Shown here piece after piece: positions 29,364 to 38,047 of a stretch of DNA of 64,000 bases. The first letter of the stretch is position 1; each line of letters begins with the position of its first letter. The position numbers were made by a program, and so were the translations under genes. The notes below the pieces were generated by a model that did no database searches, was not told the DNA's origin, and saw only the letters and a list, made by a program, of their open reading frames with translations. Source of the DNA: Candidatus Binatia bacterium (GTDB taxonomy: Bacteria > Desulfobacterota > Binatia > UBA12015); the NCBI GenBank assembly GCA_965658895.1, contig CBFHUR010000011.1, positions 9,275 through 73,274 of the forward strand. Reading direction: 5' to 3'.

Positions 29364-30422
29364 AGGACCACGAACAAAGCTGGCGTCCGCTCGCTCGGGA
29401 AGCGCGGGCCGGGACGGCTCGGAGCGAACGCCTCCGCGCCTCCGGTATTCGAGGAACTCGTCGAGCAAATCAAAAAGCGCCTCCGCCGTGCGCGATTTCC
29501 CCACCCGATCCCTAAGAATCGCGCTTCCCGGGAATGCTTTCAACGTTCGACATCCCATGCCTCGCAGCCGAGGTGCTGCGGTCTTCTCGGGATAGGTCTC
29601 GAGAAGCAACTCGTAATACCGACGCAATGCCGCAAAGCGGTCCTCGAGGGTAGGCATCGCCACCGAGCGACCCTCGAGGTCGGCAGCCAGCTGCGAGAAA
29701 ATCCAGGGGTTCTCCATGGCGCCCCGGCCTACCATCAGACCGTCAACACCCCCGATCTCCCATCGCTTTCGCGCGGTCGCGACCGAAACCACGTCTCCGC
29801 TGCCCAGAACCGGGATATCGACGGATTCCTTTACCCGCCGAATGATTTCCCAGTCCGCGGCCCCCTTGTAGAGCTGCACGCGCGTCCGGCCATGGACCCC
29901 CATCATTTGCACGCCGCTGGCTTCTGCCATCTGGGCGATCTCGGGCGCATTCAGGGTGTTCTCGTCCCACCCCGCGCGAACCTTCAATGTCAGCGGTATC
30001 GAGAGTTCACGTTTCACGGCGATCAGCATCTTCTCGAGCCTTTCGACCTGCCGCATCAGATCGGCGCCACCGCCACGACGCACAACCTTGGGGACCGGAC
30101 AGCCGCAATTGATGTCGACAATATCGGCACCTTTTTCCTGCACCATCACGGCCGCTTCGGCCATGCGATCGGCGTCGGCCCCGAAAATCTGGATCGAGAT
30201 CGGATGTTCATCTGGATGATATGTCAGCATCCGCTGGCTGCGTGCATCGTTCCGGGTCAGCCCCTCAATCGAGATGAATTCGCTGACGACCAATCCAACA
30301 GCACCCGGATTCAGCTCGCGAATCAGGCGACGAAAGGCCATATCGGTCACGCCGGACATCGGCGCGAGGATCAAACCCGGGTCGACCTTGAGGTCGTTGC
30401 CCACAGTGAAGGAAGCCGCCAT
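29355..30422 (-). CDS. dusB: tRNA-dihydrouridine synthase (DusB-like)
   Basis: LAPMSGVTD, DINCGCPVPKV, GGGADLM, HGRT, GLMVGRGA. Confidence 0.9.
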   Translation of the reverse strand: MAASFTVGNDLKVDPGLILAPMSGVTDMAFRRLIRELNPGAVGLVVSEFISIEGLTRNDARSQRMLTYHPDEHPISIQIFGADADRMAEAAVMVQEKGADIVDINCGCPVPKVVRRGGGADLMRQVERLEKMLIAVKRELSIPLTLKVRAGWDENTLNAPEIAQMAEASGVQMMGVHGRTRVQLYKGAADWEIIRRVKESVDIPVLGSGDVVSVATARKRWEIGGVDGLMVGRGAMENPWIFSQLAADLEGRSVAMPTLEDRFAALRRYYELLLETYPEKTAAPRLRGMGCRTLKAFPGSAILRDRVGKSRTAEALFDLLDEFLEYRRRGGVRSEPSRPALPERADASFVRGPSA

Positions 30423-30471
30423 GCCTACCAAGGTAGCGATCCGCAAGATCGGTCGCTACTCCCCTAGGTGC

Positions 30472-31398
30472 ATGCGTGATTACCGCGAACGGTTCTTCCG
30501 AAGTGGCCCCCTCAGGATTCATTTCCGCGACTGGGGCGAACCTGACAACCCCCCCGTCGTGATCGTCCATGGACTAAGGGATCATAGCCACTCCTTCGAT
30601 GAGCTCTCCCGCGAACTGAGCCGGGACTATCGCGTCTATGCAATCGATCTTCGCGGACACGGCGACAGCGAATCCACCCCCTATTACGCCTTCGGTCACT
30701 TCGTCGGGGATATTCGCAATATGATCCGAGCGCTCAGATTGGAGAATCCCGTAGTGATCGGACACTCGCTGGGGGGTGAAATCGTCGGTCAGTGGGCCGG
30801 CACCTTCCCGGACATCGCTCGAGCAATTGTCCTCATCGAAGCACTCGGGCCGCCGCACCATTCGATCCCCTGGCGCCTGAAGCGCCAACGCCATAGCTGG
30901 AAGGCGATCGACCGTGCCCAAGCCGGGCTACCCGGACTACCCGATCTCGAGGCCGCCTATGCGCGCATGCGCAAACGCAACCCGCGGCTCACCGAGGCGC
31001 GTGCAAGAGAGCTGACCGAGTTGGGCACCCGCGCACGCGAAGACGGGACGCTCGAATGGAAATTCGATCCGATGCTGGTCACGCTGAGCGTCGCTGGAGG
31101 GTTTCGGCTCGAATGGATGCTCCACTGTTGGTCGCAGATCACGGCGCCGACACTCCTGCTGCTCGGTTCCGAATGCGGTGCGTTCTGGCACGACAGCCCC
31201 GGCGCCGCCTACCTTCCGCCCGAGGACCTCGAGACGCGCGTCAGCGCCTTCCCCAACGCACGTTTCGTCGAGGTGCCCGACGCCGGGCATATGATCCACT
31301 TCGATCAGCCCGAGCGACTGCTTGCCGAAATCCGAGGCTTCCTGGAACAACTCCCCGACGAAGCCGACAGCAAGCCCGATGCCGGCGCGCCGGCCTGA
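30472..31398 (+). CDS. Alpha/beta-fold hydrolase
   Basis: VHG, DLRGHGDS, GHSLGG, GHMIH. Confidence 0.9.
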   Translation: MRDYRERFFRSGPLRIHFRDWGEPDNPPVVIVHGLRDHSHSFDELSRELSRDYRVYAIDLRGHGDSESTPYYAFGHFVGDIRNMIRALRLENPVVIGHSLGGEIVGQWAGTFPDIARAIVLIEALGPPHHSIPWRLKRQRHSWKAIDRAQAGLPGLPDLEAAYARMRKRNPRLTEARARELTELGTRAREDGTLEWKFDPMLVTLSVAGGFRLEWMLHCWSQITAPTLLLLGSECGAFWHDSPGAAYLPPEDLETRVSAFPNARFVEVPDAGHMIHFDQPERLLAEIRGFLEQLPDEADSKPDAGAPA

Positions 31399-31411
31399 GC
31401 GGACCCGGAAC

Positions 31412-32590
31412 CTAGTTCGCTCGCAGCAGAAATGACTTCTCGGCAAATTCGATCTCGATCATCTCCCGATAGATCGTCTTGATCGACAGGGGCCCGACAA
31501 CGGTGCCCTCGCCCACCCTGGTAGCCCGTCCGCCGTCCACGCTGATGAAGGCAAAGCGACGCGCATCATCTCGAGACCACTGCAGGATTTGAATGCGCAC
31601 GGGAGGGGCACCGGCCGGCACCCAACGTCGGACCTCCAGACCATGCCCCTCGGGCGGGGTCGCAGGCGCCGCCGCCACCAGAGACGCCTCGATCGGCGCT
31701 GTCGGCTGAACTGCGGGCGCCACCCCGGCGAACTCCGTCGCTTCCGGCACCACTGCGCCGCGCAGAGGCTCGCTGGGCTCGCCGATCCCCTCAGGCCTCG
31801 GCACCGCACCGCCCTGACCCTGTGCGGCAACCTCGCCGGCGCCCTGCGTTGCCTCGGGTAAAAATGGGTCCCGTGCCACCGCAGCCCCGGTGTTCGCCTG
31901 GCGATCGGCGGTCCGAGCCGCCCGGCGCGCCTGAAGGTCGAGCCTGCGAGCGATCTGAGCCTCGCGCCGATCCTGCTGTTTCCCCTCTCGTTCGATCCGC
32001 GCCTGCGCCCGCAGCGCACGACGTTCCTCCCGATACTCATCCCGCGAGATTTCGCCCGTGGCCGCCCGGGCTCGGGCCTCCCGGGCCTTGTCTCGAGCAG
32101 CCATCCTGCTTTCCCGCCAACGGGAACGTTCGGCTTTTTCGGCTGGATCCCGTGGCTCCCGGACTCCCGCGGATTCTCCCGCCACAGCCTGATCATTGCT
32201 GTTCGGCAGGTTCGCCGCCTCTGCGTCGACACTTTCGGGACGGGTTCTGTCGGCCTTCCCGGGGGCGACGTCCGTCAGCGGCGCCAGAGCGACACGCGGT
32301 CCGCCATCCGGCCTGGAACCGGCCAGGGGAGCCGGCTTGATCGGAGCCGCCGCGCTGCCCGCATTCGGGCCCGGCGAGCTAACCGCTAGCTCCGCGGGAG
32401 CAGGATCCTCTTCGTCATCCGAAAACAGGCCGATGAAGAATCCCGACACTATCAGCACCACCAGACCCAGAATCCGCCAGAACCGCGAACGCGAAGGTGG
32501 TGGCGGGCCACCTGCGGGCGGCGAGCTGCTTCCACCTGTCTCCGGCTTTTTCCCATCGGCCTTGGCGAGGGCATCGAGAACGGTACTCAT
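31412..32590 (-). CDS. exeB: ExeB/GspB-like protein (single TM, long charged linker, C-terminal T2SSB-type domain)
   Basis: MSTVLDALAKA N-terminus, one TM, C-terminal IQILQWSRDDARRFAFISVDG...VGEG; ATGA-coupled to exeA. Confidence 0.75.
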   Translation of the reverse strand: MSTVLDALAKADGKKPETGGSSSPPAGGPPPPSRSRFWRILGLVVLIVSGFFIGLFSDDEEDPAPAELAVSSPGPNAGSAAAPIKPAPLAGSRPDGGPRVALAPLTDVAPGKADRTRPESVDAEAANLPNSNDQAVAGESAGVREPRDPAEKAERSRWRESRMAARDKAREARARAATGEISRDEYREERRALRAQARIEREGKQQDRREAQIARRLDLQARRAARTADRQANTGAAVARDPFLPEATQGAGEVAAQGQGGAVPRPEGIGEPSEPLRGAVVPEATEFAGVAPAVQPTAPIEASLVAAAPATPPEGHGLEVRRWVPAGAPPVRIQILQWSRDDARRFAFISVDGGRATRVGEGTVVGPLSIKTIYREMIEIEFAEKSFLLRAN

Positions 32591-34407
32591 CGTGCCCACC
32601 CACCGGCATTGGTATCCGCGGCCGACATCGCCGCCGGCCGGATCACTGCCGTGTCCAACAAGCGCGGCATCGCCCCGGGAAGTCCCGCTCGGTACAACGC
32701 AATAATCGTGAGAGGTCCTACCTTGCCATCGGCCAACAATCCCATTTCCTCCTGAAAAGACGCGACAACAGCCGCGGTATTCGCATCAAAGACCTCCCCC
32801 ACGCCTGCTCCCGACCGACCCGCGTCGCGCAACAAGAGATGCAGGCGCTCGACCTCGGGCCCCGCGGCGCCTTCGGCCAGCAGCGGTCCGAGACCGTCCA
32901 CATCATTCCAGAAGAGATGCGCCCGACCGTTCCAATAGGAATCCAGAATATCCGGAGGAAGCACGAAACTCTGGCCATCGAAGCGGAAGGAAACCATCCC
33001 TTCGGCTGCCGAATCGAGGAGACCGAAGCGAGCGCCTGCCCCGTCCGTTCCTGCGCTCACCTCCAGAATCACGGGAAGATCCAGAGTTCGCAGAAGACCG
33101 ACGTCCCCCTCGACAAGCTGGTAGGAAAGACCTCGCTGCGCGGCAATGGCTCCGAGATCGAACTCATCTGCCGAGGACTCCCCGGGGGAAAGCGGTGCCG
33201 CCGGCCAGACAGAAAGAAGGGCCTCGATGGCCTCATACGCCGAATGCCCCGGCGAGCTCTGTCGAAAGGCACCTTCGAGCAAGTCCACCGAAGCGCGCAG
33301 CTCCGAGAGGTTCTCGTTTCGGGTCGAGTCCTCGACCCTCGCTATCGGGGCGAGATCGGCCTCGGAAACCTCCGCGAGTTCCACCGGGCTGACCTGGATC
33401 ACATCTTCAGCAGAAAGCCCGCCCATCTCCGACACCCAACTCGGAGCCGCATCCATCCACGAACTGAACCACGTCGCCATGCCCCCCTCGGACCGCAACC
33501 CCATGGCCACCCCGCCGCCGATCAGGGTCAGCAAGAGGCCCGCTGCCGCGATCCCGAAAGGGATCCGGTAGCGCGGTTTCGGTCTTGACCGCCGCACACC
33601 GAGCGAATCGCCGAGCTCCAGCGCGGCCTGATCCACGAGGCGACGGGTCACCCGGGACCGATCGGCGGCGAAAGCGACCAGAAGGGCGCGATGGCATAGC
33701 TGGTTGATCAGTCGAGGAAGCCCGCGCGCATGCTGGTGGATGCGCTTTAGAGCGCCGGCGGTGAAGATCTCGCGCACCGGGCCACCGGACGCGACCGCAA
33801 GCCGGTGGCGCACATACTCAGCTGTCTCCGCACGATCCAATGCCGTGAGATGGAACCGCACGGTAATGCGCTGGTTGAGCTGCACAAGCTCGGGGCGAGC
33901 GAGTAATTCACGAAGCTCCGGCTGACCCACGAGAACTATCTGCAACAGCTTCGAGGTCTCGGTCTCGAAATTGGAGAGCATTCGGAGCTGCTCGAGAATC
34001 CCGCCATCGAGAGCCTGAGCTTCGTCCACCACGATCACGACTTTTTGGTCCGCGGCCTTTTGCGCCAGAAGATACTCGTTGAGAGCTCCGAGCAATTCAC
34101 GCCGGCCGCCCTTTTCGCGAATCCCGAGTTCGTGGTTGATCTCCTCGAGCAGCTCCACCCCGGTGAGCACCGGATTCATGACATAGGCATATTGCGTGCC
34201 CGGATCCGCCTCGCGCAGAATCGAGCGCAGCAAGGTGGTCTTGCCAGCGCCAATCTCCCCGGTGATTGCGACAAAACCGGCCCCGTCGCGAATCCCGAAC
34301 GCCAGATGTCCCAGAGCCTCGCGATGTCGCCGGGACAGGAACAAATAGCGAGGGTCGGGCGTCAGCCGAAAAGGTGGTTCATCCAGACCAAAAAAAGTCT
34401 CGTACAT
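32587..34407 (-). CDS. exeA: ExeA/GspA AAA ATPase with peptidoglycan-binding domain
   Basis: MYETFFGLDEPPFRLTPDP, GEIGAGKTT, VDEAQ, GQPEL, GLPRLIN; C-terminal FQEEMGLLADGKVGPLT. Confidence 0.92.
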   Translation of the reverse strand: MYETFFGLDEPPFRLTPDPRYLFLSRRHREALGHLAFGIRDGAGFVAITGEIGAGKTTLLRSILREADPGTQYAYVMNPVLTGVELLEEINHELGIREKGGRRELLGALNEYLLAQKAADQKVVIVVDEAQALDGGILEQLRMLSNFETETSKLLQIVLVGQPELRELLARPELVQLNQRITVRFHLTALDRAETAEYVRHRLAVASGGPVREIFTAGALKRIHQHARGLPRLINQLCHRALLVAFAADRSRVTRRLVDQAALELGDSLGVRRSRPKPRYRIPFGIAAAGLLLTLIGGGVAMGLRSEGGMATWFSSWMDAAPSWVSEMGGLSAEDVIQVSPVELAEVSEADLAPIARVEDSTRNENLSELRASVDLLEGAFRQSSPGHSAYEAIEALLSVWPAAPLSPGESSADEFDLGAIAAQRGLSYQLVEGDVGLLRTLDLPVILEVSAGTDGAGARFGLLDSAAEGMVSFRFDGQSFVLPPDILDSYWNGRAHLFWNDVDGLGPLLAEGAAGPEVERLHLLLRDAGRSGAGVGEVFDANTAAVVASFQEEMGLLADGKVGPLTIIALYRAGLPGAMPRLLDTAVIRPAAMSAADTNAGGWAR

Positions 34408-34486
34408 CGTCGCAAAAGTTCCCGGAGCCGAGTTTGCCCGGTTCTACCCTGTTCAGCAAATGGCGCCCCCGCAGGCCGGACGCCAG

Positions 34487-36487
34487 CTAGGACTCTTCGC
34501 CATCGAGGCGCAATTGGAGCAGGGCTTCGGGCGGTACATCGGCCAAAAATTGGGAGGGACTGGCCGATACAAATCCACCCATCGCGCGATCCTGCACCTC
34601 CATGGGATAGCAAAGATAGAGGTTTTCCTCGGCACGCGTACAGGCCACGTAGAGCAGCCGGCGCTCCTCCTCGAGATCCCCAGCCTCAAGTGCGTAGATC
34701 GAAGGGAGCCGGCCCTCGAGCACCGAAAGGACGAAGACGGTATGCCACTCGAGCCCCTTGGCCGAGTGGATCGTGGACAGAACCAGCTGCCCGGTTTCAC
34801 GAGGATCCACGTCGAGTCGCCCGCCAACGGCATCCACCGGAGGCTCAAGCGCCAACTCCGAAAGCAACTGGCCCAGATCGGAAAACCGCTCGGCAAGCGT
34901 TTCGAACTGCTCGAGATCACGTTCGCGCTTGGGCGCATCCTCGCGGTACTCGCGCTCGAGGATGGGCTGATAGAACCGCACAACCTGATCCACCAGAACC
35001 GACGGCTCCATACTCGCGGGATCCAGACGTTCGATAAAGACCCCGAGCGCGCGGATCGAGGCAATCGCCGCCTTGCGCATGCCCGCTCCACCTTCGTAGG
35101 AAGACAGAGGCGCATCGGCGGGGCCTTCGGAGCCAAGCCAGCTCAAGGCATGCCCGGCAGCCTTCGCACCAACGCCATCCAGCAACAATAGGATCCGCCC
35201 CCAGGCAACGGAATCCTCCGGGTTTTCGAGAACCCTTAGAAACGCAAGGACGTCCTTGACGTGAGCGCTTTCAAGAAACCGAAAGCCTCCGCGTTTGACG
35301 TATTCGATCCCCGCCCGCGTCAATTCCAGCTCGAGGTCGAACGAATGCATCGAAGAGCGAAACAAGACGGCGATCCGCTCCAGGGGCACGCCCTCATCGA
35401 CCAGCTCGAGAATTCGCTGTCGAACAAAGAGACTCTGCCAACGCTCATCGGGTGCGGGCACCACCCATGGGATTTCACCCTCTTTGCGGTCACTGAAGAG
35501 CGTTTTCTCGTGTCGCTGCCGCGAGGCCGAAATGATCGAGTTGGTCACATCCAGAATGGGTTGGGTCGAGCGATAGTTCTCCTCGAGGCGGATGACCTGG
35601 GTCGCATCATGTTCGGCCGGAAAACGCAGAATATTCTCGACTTCCGCGCCCCGGAAGCCATAGATCGATTGCGCATCATCCCCGACAATCATGAGGTTAC
35701 CGTTCCTTCCGGCCAGCAAAGCCACGATCTCGGCCTGCAGCTGATTGGTATCCTGATACTCATCCACCATGATGTAGCGATAGAGCTTTCGAAGCCGACT
35801 GCGGAACTCTTCATTTTCGCGCAGGTGGCGAGCCAGATGGACCAGGAGATCGTCGTAGTCGAGCAGGTTCCTCTTGACCTTGTACTCCTCGAAAGCCGCC
35901 CGGCAGGCCGCGAGATCCTGGAGGTCATCGAGCAGCTGTGGATACTCCGACTCAAGGATCTCCTCGAGCGAAAGCTCACGATTCACCATGGCGCTATAGA
36001 TCTTCGCGAGAGTCTTCTTGCGGGGGAAACGACGTTCCCGAGAATCCAACCCCAACCGCACGCGCATCAGTTGAAGAGTGTCTTCCGAATCACTTCGATC
36101 CAGAATTGTGAAACGCGCAGGCCACCCGTAGAGCTCCCCATAGCGGCGCAAAACCAGATTGGCGAAGGAATGAAAGGTGCCGCCGGTCACGCTGTCGAGG
36201 CCATCGCCTCCCAGCAGCGCCTCGGCACGACGCAGCATCTCCTGGGCCGCCCGGCGCGTGAAGGTCAATAGTAGAATCGACTTGGCATCCACCCCCGACT
36301 CCACCAGACGCGCCACGCGGTAGATCAGGGTGCGCGTCTTCCCGCTACCTGCTCCTGCGACAACCAGCACCGGGCCGTCGACGGTTGTCGCGGCTCGATA
36401 TTGGGCCTCATTCAACTCGCCCCGATAGTCGATACGGTAGAGAGACTCGCCGCTGGTCGAGCGACGAATGGTATAGGAACGGGCCAT
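34487..36487 (-). CDS. uvrD: UvrD/PcrA/Rep-family SF1 helicase
   Basis: AGAGSGKT, TFTRRAA, VDEYQD, VGDDAQSIYGFRGA, NYRST, TIHSAKGLEW, EERRLLYVACTRA. Confidence 0.92.
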   Translation of the reverse strand: MARSYTIRRSTSGESLYRIDYRGELNEAQYRAATTVDGPVLVVAGAGSGKTRTLIYRVARLVESGVDAKSILLLTFTRRAAQEMLRRAEALLGGDGLDSVTGGTFHSFANLVLRRYGELYGWPARFTILDRSDSEDTLQLMRVRLGLDSRERRFPRKKTLAKIYSAMVNRELSLEEILESEYPQLLDDLQDLAACRAAFEEYKVKRNLLDYDDLLVHLARHLRENEEFRSRLRKLYRYIMVDEYQDTNQLQAEIVALLAGRNGNLMIVGDDAQSIYGFRGAEVENILRFPAEHDATQVIRLEENYRSTQPILDVTNSIISASRQRHEKTLFSDRKEGEIPWVVPAPDERWQSLFVRQRILELVDEGVPLERIAVLFRSSMHSFDLELELTRAGIEYVKRGGFRFLESAHVKDVLAFLRVLENPEDSVAWGRILLLLDGVGAKAAGHALSWLGSEGPADAPLSSYEGGAGMRKAAIASIRALGVFIERLDPASMEPSVLVDQVVRFYQPILEREYREDAPKRERDLEQFETLAERFSDLGQLLSELALEPPVDAVGGRLDVDPRETGQLVLSTIHSAKGLEWHTVFVLSVLEGRLPSIYALEAGDLEEERRLLYVACTRAEENLYLCYPMEVQDRAMGGFVSASPSQFLADVPPEALLQLRLDGEES

Positions 36488-36540
36488 CTCCTCCCGTCCT
36501 TACTATGCGCCCGCGGTTTGCACCATCGGCCACCCCTCGG

Positions 36541-36569
36541 ATGACTCGCCGAGCGAAGCATGGCATGCT
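36541..36569 (+). promoter_or_regulatory. Putative promoter of the DUF3467 operon (leaderless geometry), overlapped by a palindrome
   Basis: ATGACT-17nt-(TGg)CATGCT-6nt-ATG(36576); inverted repeat CATGGCA-N6-TGCCATG at 36559-36578. Confidence 0.4.
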
Positions 36570-36575
36570 CTTGCC

Positions 36576-36884
36576 ATGTCCGATGGATCGCGCAAGAACT
36601 CGAAGCCCATGAATGTCCAGACCGACCCCAAGACCGCCACAGGGGTCTACGCCAACATGATGATGGTCACCCACCGCCCCGAGGAGTTTGTCCTTGATTA
36701 CTTGTTTGCACCTCCGCAGACACCCGACGCCGAGGAATCGGTGGCTCTCCTGCGCTCGCGGGTAATCGTGGCTCCCGCACATGCCAAACGGATTCTCCGC
36801 GCGCTCGAGGACAATGTCCGGCGCTACGAGGCTAATTTCGGCCCGATCCACGAGGCGAAAGCACCGCAACAAACCCTCCAATAG
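36576..36884 (+). CDS. DUF3467-family protein
   Basis: GVYANMMMVTH..EEFVLDY...RSRVIVAPAHAKRILRALEDNVRRYEANFGPI. Confidence 0.88.
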   Translation: MSDGSRKNSKPMNVQTDPKTATGVYANMMMVTHRPEEFVLDYLFAPPQTPDAEESVALLRSRVIVAPAHAKRILRALEDNVRRYEANFGPIHEAKAPQQTLQ

Positions 36885-36892
36885 AGCACTTC

Positions 36893-37135
36893 ATGGCCCA
36901 AACCTCCTCAAATCCGCAGACGGAGCGCCTCGACCTTCGCGGAATCCGTTGTCCCGTGAACTGGGCTCGCGCCAAGGTTCACCTCGAGGGACTCGCCCCG
37001 CGTACGCGCCTCACGGTCTGGGTGGATGACCCACGTGCGGTCGAGACACTTCCGCGCGCGGCCGAAGCCTGCGGGCACGCTGTCCTGCTGGTCACCGAAC
37101 AGACAGATGGCTGGACCATCGAGTTGGAGAGGTGA
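36893..37135 (+). CDS. TusA/SirA-like sulfur-carrier protein
   Basis: LDLRGIRCPVNW...LTVWVDDP.AVETLPR...GHAV. Confidence 0.85.
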   Translation: MAQTSSNPQTERLDLRGIRCPVNWARAKVHLEGLAPRTRLTVWVDDPRAVETLPRAAEACGHAVLLVTEQTDGWTIELER

Positions 37136-37139
37136 TGCC

Positions 37140-37973
37140 ATGGCACAATCCAACGACAATATCGCCGGACGGGTATTCACCACCCGCGAGATAGCCAAGC
37201 TTGCCAAGTTGACCCCCGCTCGTGTCCGGAAATGCGTGCACGCGGGCTTCCTCCACCCAAGCCGCGGCATCCGCAAGCGTTTCGAGTACACTCTGCAGGA
37301 TGTTCTGGTCTTGCGCGCCACGCGCACCCTGCTGGAGGCCAATTTACCGCCGCGAAGGATTGCCGAACTGGTCCGGGAGATTCGGGGCCGGTTGCCTGAG
37401 GGGCGCGATATTTCGAGCGTGAACCTCAGGCTCGACGGAGAACGGGTCGTGATCACCTACGAGGGCCGCCATTGGCTCGATGACGGGCAACTCCTTCTGG
37501 GCTTCCAGCCTCGCGATCAGCAATCCCGCATCGAGAATCTCACCCCCGTGGAAGATGACCGGGCCGCCTATCGGGCTTTTACCCGCGGACTGGAATTGGA
37601 AAAGACCTCCCTTCCCGATGCCAAGCAGGCCTACCAGGAGGCGATCTCTCTGGACGGGTCCGCGATACCCGCCTACGTAAACCTTGGGCGTCTGGAGCAT
37701 GAATCCGGAGCCTTTGACCGGGCCGAGGATCTCTACCAACGAGCACTCCGACTCGATGGCGAGGAACGCACCGCGTTGTTCAATCTGGCAGTCCTCAGCG
37801 AGGACAAGGGTGAACCCACAAAGGCCTTGCGGCGCTACACGCAGCTTTTGTTAGCCGACCCCGACAACGTCGACGGCCACCATTGCCTGGCGCGACTTCA
37901 CGCACGTTTGGGAAATCAGGCGGAGTCTCGGCGATACACTCGCCTCTGCCGCGAAATCCTGCGCAACCGCTAG
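37140..37973 (+). CDS. MerR-type HTH protein fused to TPR repeats
   Basis: FTTREIAKLAKLTPARVRKCVHAGFLHP...YTLQDVLVL...GQLLLGF, followed by 3-4 TPR-like repeats. Confidence 0.82.
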   Translation: MAQSNDNIAGRVFTTREIAKLAKLTPARVRKCVHAGFLHPSRGIRKRFEYTLQDVLVLRATRTLLEANLPPRRIAELVREIRGRLPEGRDISSVNLRLDGERVVITYEGRHWLDDGQLLLGFQPRDQQSRIENLTPVEDDRAAYRAFTRGLELEKTSLPDAKQAYQEAISLDGSAIPAYVNLGRLEHESGAFDRAEDLYQRALRLDGEERTALFNLAVLSEDKGEPTKALRRYTQLLLADPDNVDGHHCLARLHARLGNQAESRRYTRLCREILRNR

Positions 37974-38047
37974 AGACCTGATCCGCCCGAGAATGGCGCG
38001 CCAGTACATTCCGCGAAGAGTGTTGCCTCTCGCCTCATACCGCCAAC

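Noticed and set aside
36561-36574. TGGCA...TTGC as a sigma54 promoter
   Set aside because: GG-to-GC spacing is 9, not 10, and it abuts the start codon. Treated as a palindrome instead.
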